Below, piece by piece: positions 59,365-64,000 of a stretch of 64,000 nucleotides of DNA. The stretch is from Bigelowiella natans CCMP2755. Lineage: Eukaryota; Protista; Cercozoa. Location of the stretch: NCBI GenBank assembly GCA_000320545.1, contig ADNK01000512.1, positions 62,001 through 126,000 on the forward strand, in the 5' to 3' direction. Position numbers and translations under genes: made by a program. The notes beneath the pieces are model-generated. The model was not told where the DNA came from and ran no database searches. It saw nothing but the letters and a program-made list of their open reading frames with translations. Each line of letters starts with the position of its first letter. Within the stretch, counting starts at the first letter, position 1.

Positions 59365-60126
59365 CGTCGATTCGGAAGCAGCGTAGGCTACGAATTCTCG
59401 AGAATTGGAAGAATGACCACCCTGAAGCTTCGGCCGAGATCTGTTGAAGAAGGAGACAATTTCTTATGTCTTAACTGAGAAACGCTCAAATATCAGATTT
59501 TATGAAAACAGGGTCCTTTTGTTCCATAAAAGCAGTATCGATGCCCGTTTTCGCCGCGACTGCATTTCATGTTAATGCCCGCGGTCCGTTGGACACCGGG
59601 AGATTCCCGTTTTTAGCAATATCTAGAGGGTTTTCCAAAATACGTGCAAAATCAGCGACGGGTTGGGTGGGTGCGCCGGTTCAGCTCGAGATGAATTTTA
59701 TCTAGAATCCCCATAAATTTAATATAGTGACATACATTAATGTATGTCGTCACCTTTTAAATATCAATAAATCTTGGAATGGAAAATTTCCAGCATGTGG
59801 TAAATCTGAAAAGTTTGATTTCAACTGGATGACAAAGAAATCTTTCAGGCTCAGCCGAAATCTCGCCTTTTTGGATTACAGCGTGGATTTTATTTGATAT
59901 TACCCTTCATCGGAGAATATTGCCTTCCATTTACCTATATTTCGGATTTTGAGGAAATATTTAGTTTCAGATCATGATAATGCAGGGAGTGGATATTTAC
60001 ATGGATCCAGGTTCTAATGTGTACAATATCTTATGTCTCATGATAAAATAGAATGTTATTTCATATTTATGACATATATTAAGATAAGTCCTTTTACTGA
60101 AACATCGATACGTATTATTTCTCAAT

Positions 60127-61035
60127 ATGCTTCGCAAGCTCCCCCTCAGGCTCCTGCGAACCCCCTGCCGCCCTCTCTTCTCTCGAGGTGAATTTCAGCC
60201 GAGTTTGTTTGATTAATTATATTCTCCCAAATGTTATGGACATTATCCTCAATATTGAGTCAGTGAGGAGGGGTGTTTTATTAGATAACGTGAGAGATTA
60301 CGTACATGCCAATGCAGATAACGTGAGGTGTACATGCACTGAATATATTTACTTTGTGGTTTTTAGTTCGCCACTTCTCTAAGCCAGGGGACCATCCTGG
60401 AGACGAACAGAGCTTTGGGCGCGAGGCTGAGGAGCTTGCACTTGAAAAGATCGGTGTTGACCGCTACGATCGTGAGCCTGCCACGGGACCGTTTGGTACA
60501 CTAGAGAAGCCAGCTGTGATCTACTCGGCCCAGAAAGAACGTGTTGTGGGATGCGTTGGTAATTTTGATTCATTGAAACTTATTAAAGATTCCATTCTGA
60601 AATCATGATCATCTTGACGCAAAGAGCCAGGAATTTACTGTGATGCAGATTTAATTAATATATATCTTCACAATAACCTTCACTAGAAATTCACACATGC
60701 ACACAACCCACAGATAGTTCACATAAAATTTAGCACAAAAACTTACATATTTCTTAAATTTTTTTTGTTAGCGTTGGTATGGTAGGATACCAAATAGAAT
60801 GCGTGAAAACGAAATATGAAATAAAATATTGGTTTCCATTGAACATTGATAGCACTCACATACATCGATAGTAGTTAGTCTTAATGGGTACACTTTGTTC
60901 TTAGGTTCCAAGGAAGAACCACACGATGTTTATTGGTTCAATCTTCGAGCTGGTATGAAGCATGTCTGCACCATTTGCGGACAAGTGTTTGTACTAGAGG
61001 ATAATTCGAAAAGATACGCTAATATTGAATCGTAA
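60127..61035 (+). CDS. COX5B: Cytochrome c oxidase subunit 5b
   Basis: Three exons: an Arg-rich presequence MLRKLPLRLLRTPCRPLFSR; GREAEEL...GPFGTLEKPAVIYSAQKERVVGCVG; HDVYWFNL...HVCTICGQVFVL. TAA at 61033-61035. Confidence 0.93.
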
Positions 61036-61923
61036 ATCGTCCGAAAAAGCTCTAGTTTGTCGGGGGAGGGACTGTAGCTAATTGTTAGAAATACTTAAGC
61101 TGAGGCGGGAAAATGAGTTGACCTGAACATAGGTGTGCAACACCTACCTTTTGTTCGTATATCCGACAACTGCCAGATGGATGGAAATAGACCTGATGGA
61201 AATAGACCTGATGCATGCTGGTGTGTGCCAAAAAAAAAAGTTCAGAGTAAAAATTCTCGTTGCATTTTGTGGTACAAGTCTGATTCTCTTTAGACCGTAG
61301 TTGTTCGCATCATTTTGTAGCATGACGACCTAGATCACATCTAGGCGATCGAAGATCTCATCGCAGCTTAATATCAAGATATAGCATGCGGTGCCGCTTG
61401 CGCATGCCGATGTATCTGGCATTTACTAGATTTAGTCATACGTACGTCTGCTTACGACATCCAATGTAGCACAACAATGCTTTCTGCGATGCTAGCATAG
61501 CATTCTAGCATTGTAATTTGTAAACCTAGCTAGCATAGCTAGATACTTCAATATAGCTAATTATTATTACGTACGTACCTGCTGTATGTGTCTAGATATA
61601 TAGCATGCATGCAAAACGGAAGCCCTACTTGCCAGATTGTGCGTGTCCATGGCTATACTTCATATATATAATGTGCGAAGAATTTTGCAGACGACGTTTA
61701 TGAACGCCAGCAGCGCACAGTGCTGCGATGCTGCTATTTAGGCTTAATACTGTTTTACGCAGCATTTACTACTTGAACATGCAGGTGGATGAGAGTTTGT
61801 GTATACTGACCGGTAGCACAAATAAACAGCATCAAGCTTGCTCTTTCTAACAGCCAGCCGGTCTTATTATATTTGAGAAAGCATCCTTCTTATGAACAAT
61901 TACATTTTTGGCTCGCTTCATAA

Positions 61924-62620
61924 TTAGCTGATAGTTCTTCCTTTCATTCCAATCGTTGTAAGGATTCCCGCCTTCCTTTGCTTCTTAGCTTCCTCTGCCC
62001 TTCGGCGTGCTAATTCCTCCCTCTGGGCTTTCTGAGCTTGCAACATCTCGATCGGAACAGAAACCATCTTCTGCACGCCTTCCACAGTGTTGTCCATATC
62101 CTTTGTAGATATGCATGATGATGATGATGATAATGATAATGATGATAATAATGATGATGTACACAAAGAGCAAAGTATCAACATTTGCATAATTGAGATG
62201 GAATGAATAAGTAAGTCCAACGCACACAAGATTGATAACGCCTACTATTATCCTAAGAATTCTTCCCCATCGTCAACATTCACTATGAGCATGATGATGA
62301 TGATGCATCATCATTCTCGCTATTCGCACCACCCCCATATGATGATATGCATGGAGAAAGATCTGAATCACATTTCGAATAATCGACGATTTTCGCCCCA
62401 CATCAACAGGGATGCCGTGAAGGCGACAATCATCTGCGAGGTTCATCGCATCAGTCATTTTTATTTTGATTGACAAGCCATCTACCTCCTCTTCGGATTG
62501 GGTCGGATAGTATCTGAATTCATCTCTGAGAGGTGGGGTGGGGTTAGCCAGGCAGATGTGTTTGTCAAAAAAATAGGGAATTCATCTTCTACTTCCACGA
62601 CAAAGAGAATATTCTAATTG

Positions 62621-62657
<37 letters not shown>

Positions 62658-63301
62658 TGTGTGTGTGTGTGCGTGCGTGTTAAAACTGTGTGTCTGTGTG
62701 CCTGAATTCATTTGTTAAAATGTATAAGGAGGAGGTTGGCACGTGGAATGACTTCCCCCCCTCAGCTACTACGTACTCTTTCTGCTCATCTTCACTAGAC
62801 TTGGACCTACAGCGGTGGGGAGATGGCGGTTAAAAATAGTAATAATACCATATGATTGAATGACGTTAAGGTAAATACACGTTGAAGCTCATCATTCGCC
62901 GTATCACACCCCACCCTCCTCCCTAGTTTCAATCCGTCGTGGGTGTAAGGTAAGTGCGGAACTATGTATCTATTATCATCATATCCTACCGGACAAGGAA
63001 GGTCCACGCTCGCATGTCGGCGTACGTCGGTGTCACCTTGGCCTGCATCATAGTAGCGTCATTCGGTCGCTCAGGACGAGCACACGACGTAAAATGCATC
63101 CTCTATCGACGATAACCATCCATTTTTACATCAACCCGCACCATGGCGAACGGCGGCGAATGAATCAAAAAACGGCTATAGCTGCCAAGTCAACGACGTT
63201 ATACTACCTCAAAATGGCCGTTCAGTCCTGAGAACACGCTGCGTGCAGCCTGCATGGGGAGGAGGAAGGGGGGAGAGGAAAGTAGCACATCGAATCAAAA
63301 C

Positions 63302-63349
<48 letters not shown>

Positions 63350-63800
63350 ACACACACACGCAGAATATGAGTACATATCGTGTCTAGGTAACAGAAACAA
63401 AGTCGTCGTATTGTCGCCAATAAGTTACTACGTAGCACTGCTGAGCTAGATTGCCTCCTCCTCCTAATCTTACTACCTCATCACGTCGATCGGGGAACGT
63501 TATATTCAAACCATCTACAAGGACAATCAGTACCATGCCGTCAACCGAATGAACACTGACATAACGATTCGATGGGGGTGGGTGGGGGGTTAGAGCTGCA
63601 TATATCTCGCTGTGGCATTGTTTTCCCTTCGACTACTCGCAAGAGACAATCTCTCTTTCTGCTGCTGCTGCTGCCGTATGCATTGCTCATTCATTCATCA
63701 CGCTATGTTGATGTTGTTGTTGTTGTTGTTGTCCTCCTTCGAACCCTGGAAAGCATTCTGCAACGCCGGATATATCCATACGACCGAGCAGGAAGGCGGC
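61924..63800 (-). CDS. 3' part of a multi-exon hypothetical gene (5' end probably beyond the window)
   Basis: The terminal exon reads DMDNTVEGVQKMVSVPIEMLQAQKAQREELARRRAEEAKKQRK...RTIS*. Upstream small GT-AG exons read VFSGLNGHFE, AKVTPTYADMRAWTFLVR, SKSSEDEQKE. No recognisable domain. Confidence 0.55.
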
Positions 63801-64000
63801 CTCCTGCATGCGGGGTAGTGAGAGGTACGGCGTCAGTCAGCACATTTCGTGAATGAGAGTGTACGACGTTTTGACGGACTACTACTACTACTACTACTAT
63901 TACTACTACTGCTACTATTACTACAACTAATACTAGTATACTAATCCAACTACTACTACCTAGTATCATTCAGACACCGCAAGGCCTCGACATTCACGTC

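Noticed and set aside
61176-61213. 15-bp direct duplication gatggaaatagacct
   Set aside because: The copies are adjacent with nothing between them: a local tandem duplication in the 3' flank, not a TSD.

Overview
Intron-rich, microsatellite-laden eukaryotic (protist) nuclear DNA. Two genes have signal-anchor plus transit-peptide-like leaders, which suggests an alga with a complex plastid, most plausibly a chlorarachniophyte; this is an inference. I spliced the sequence by hand into 13 protein-coding genes: ABCA transporter (+), UBA-like/coiled-coil/polyQ/RGG protein (-), PSMA2 (+), a leader + acidic-linker + RPS29/uS14 fusion (-), a secreted PSI + EEP/TDP2-like protein (+), a leader-bearing EEF1AKMT4/METTL13-like methyltransferase (+), a secreted protein with six tandem Cys-rich domains resembling very divergent fibrinogen-related domains (-), a hypothetical protein (+), a rhodanese (-), a CRC/tesmin protein (+), a CDC123-like ATP-grasp ending in CaaX (-), COX5B (+) and a partial hypothetical gene (-). 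The most notable observations are: (1) the RPS29 domain, invisible in the ORF track, at the end of an apparently organelle-targeted precursor with two LRGG motifs; (2) the six-repeat secreted protein; (3) the apparently catalytically dead secreted EEP domain; (4) near-perfect strand alternation of genes, with CTAG/CATG-palindrome-rich, MITE-bearing DNA concentrated in the convergent spacers. Exon boundaries were inferred by eye from GT/AG signals and phase continuity; no database searches were run.
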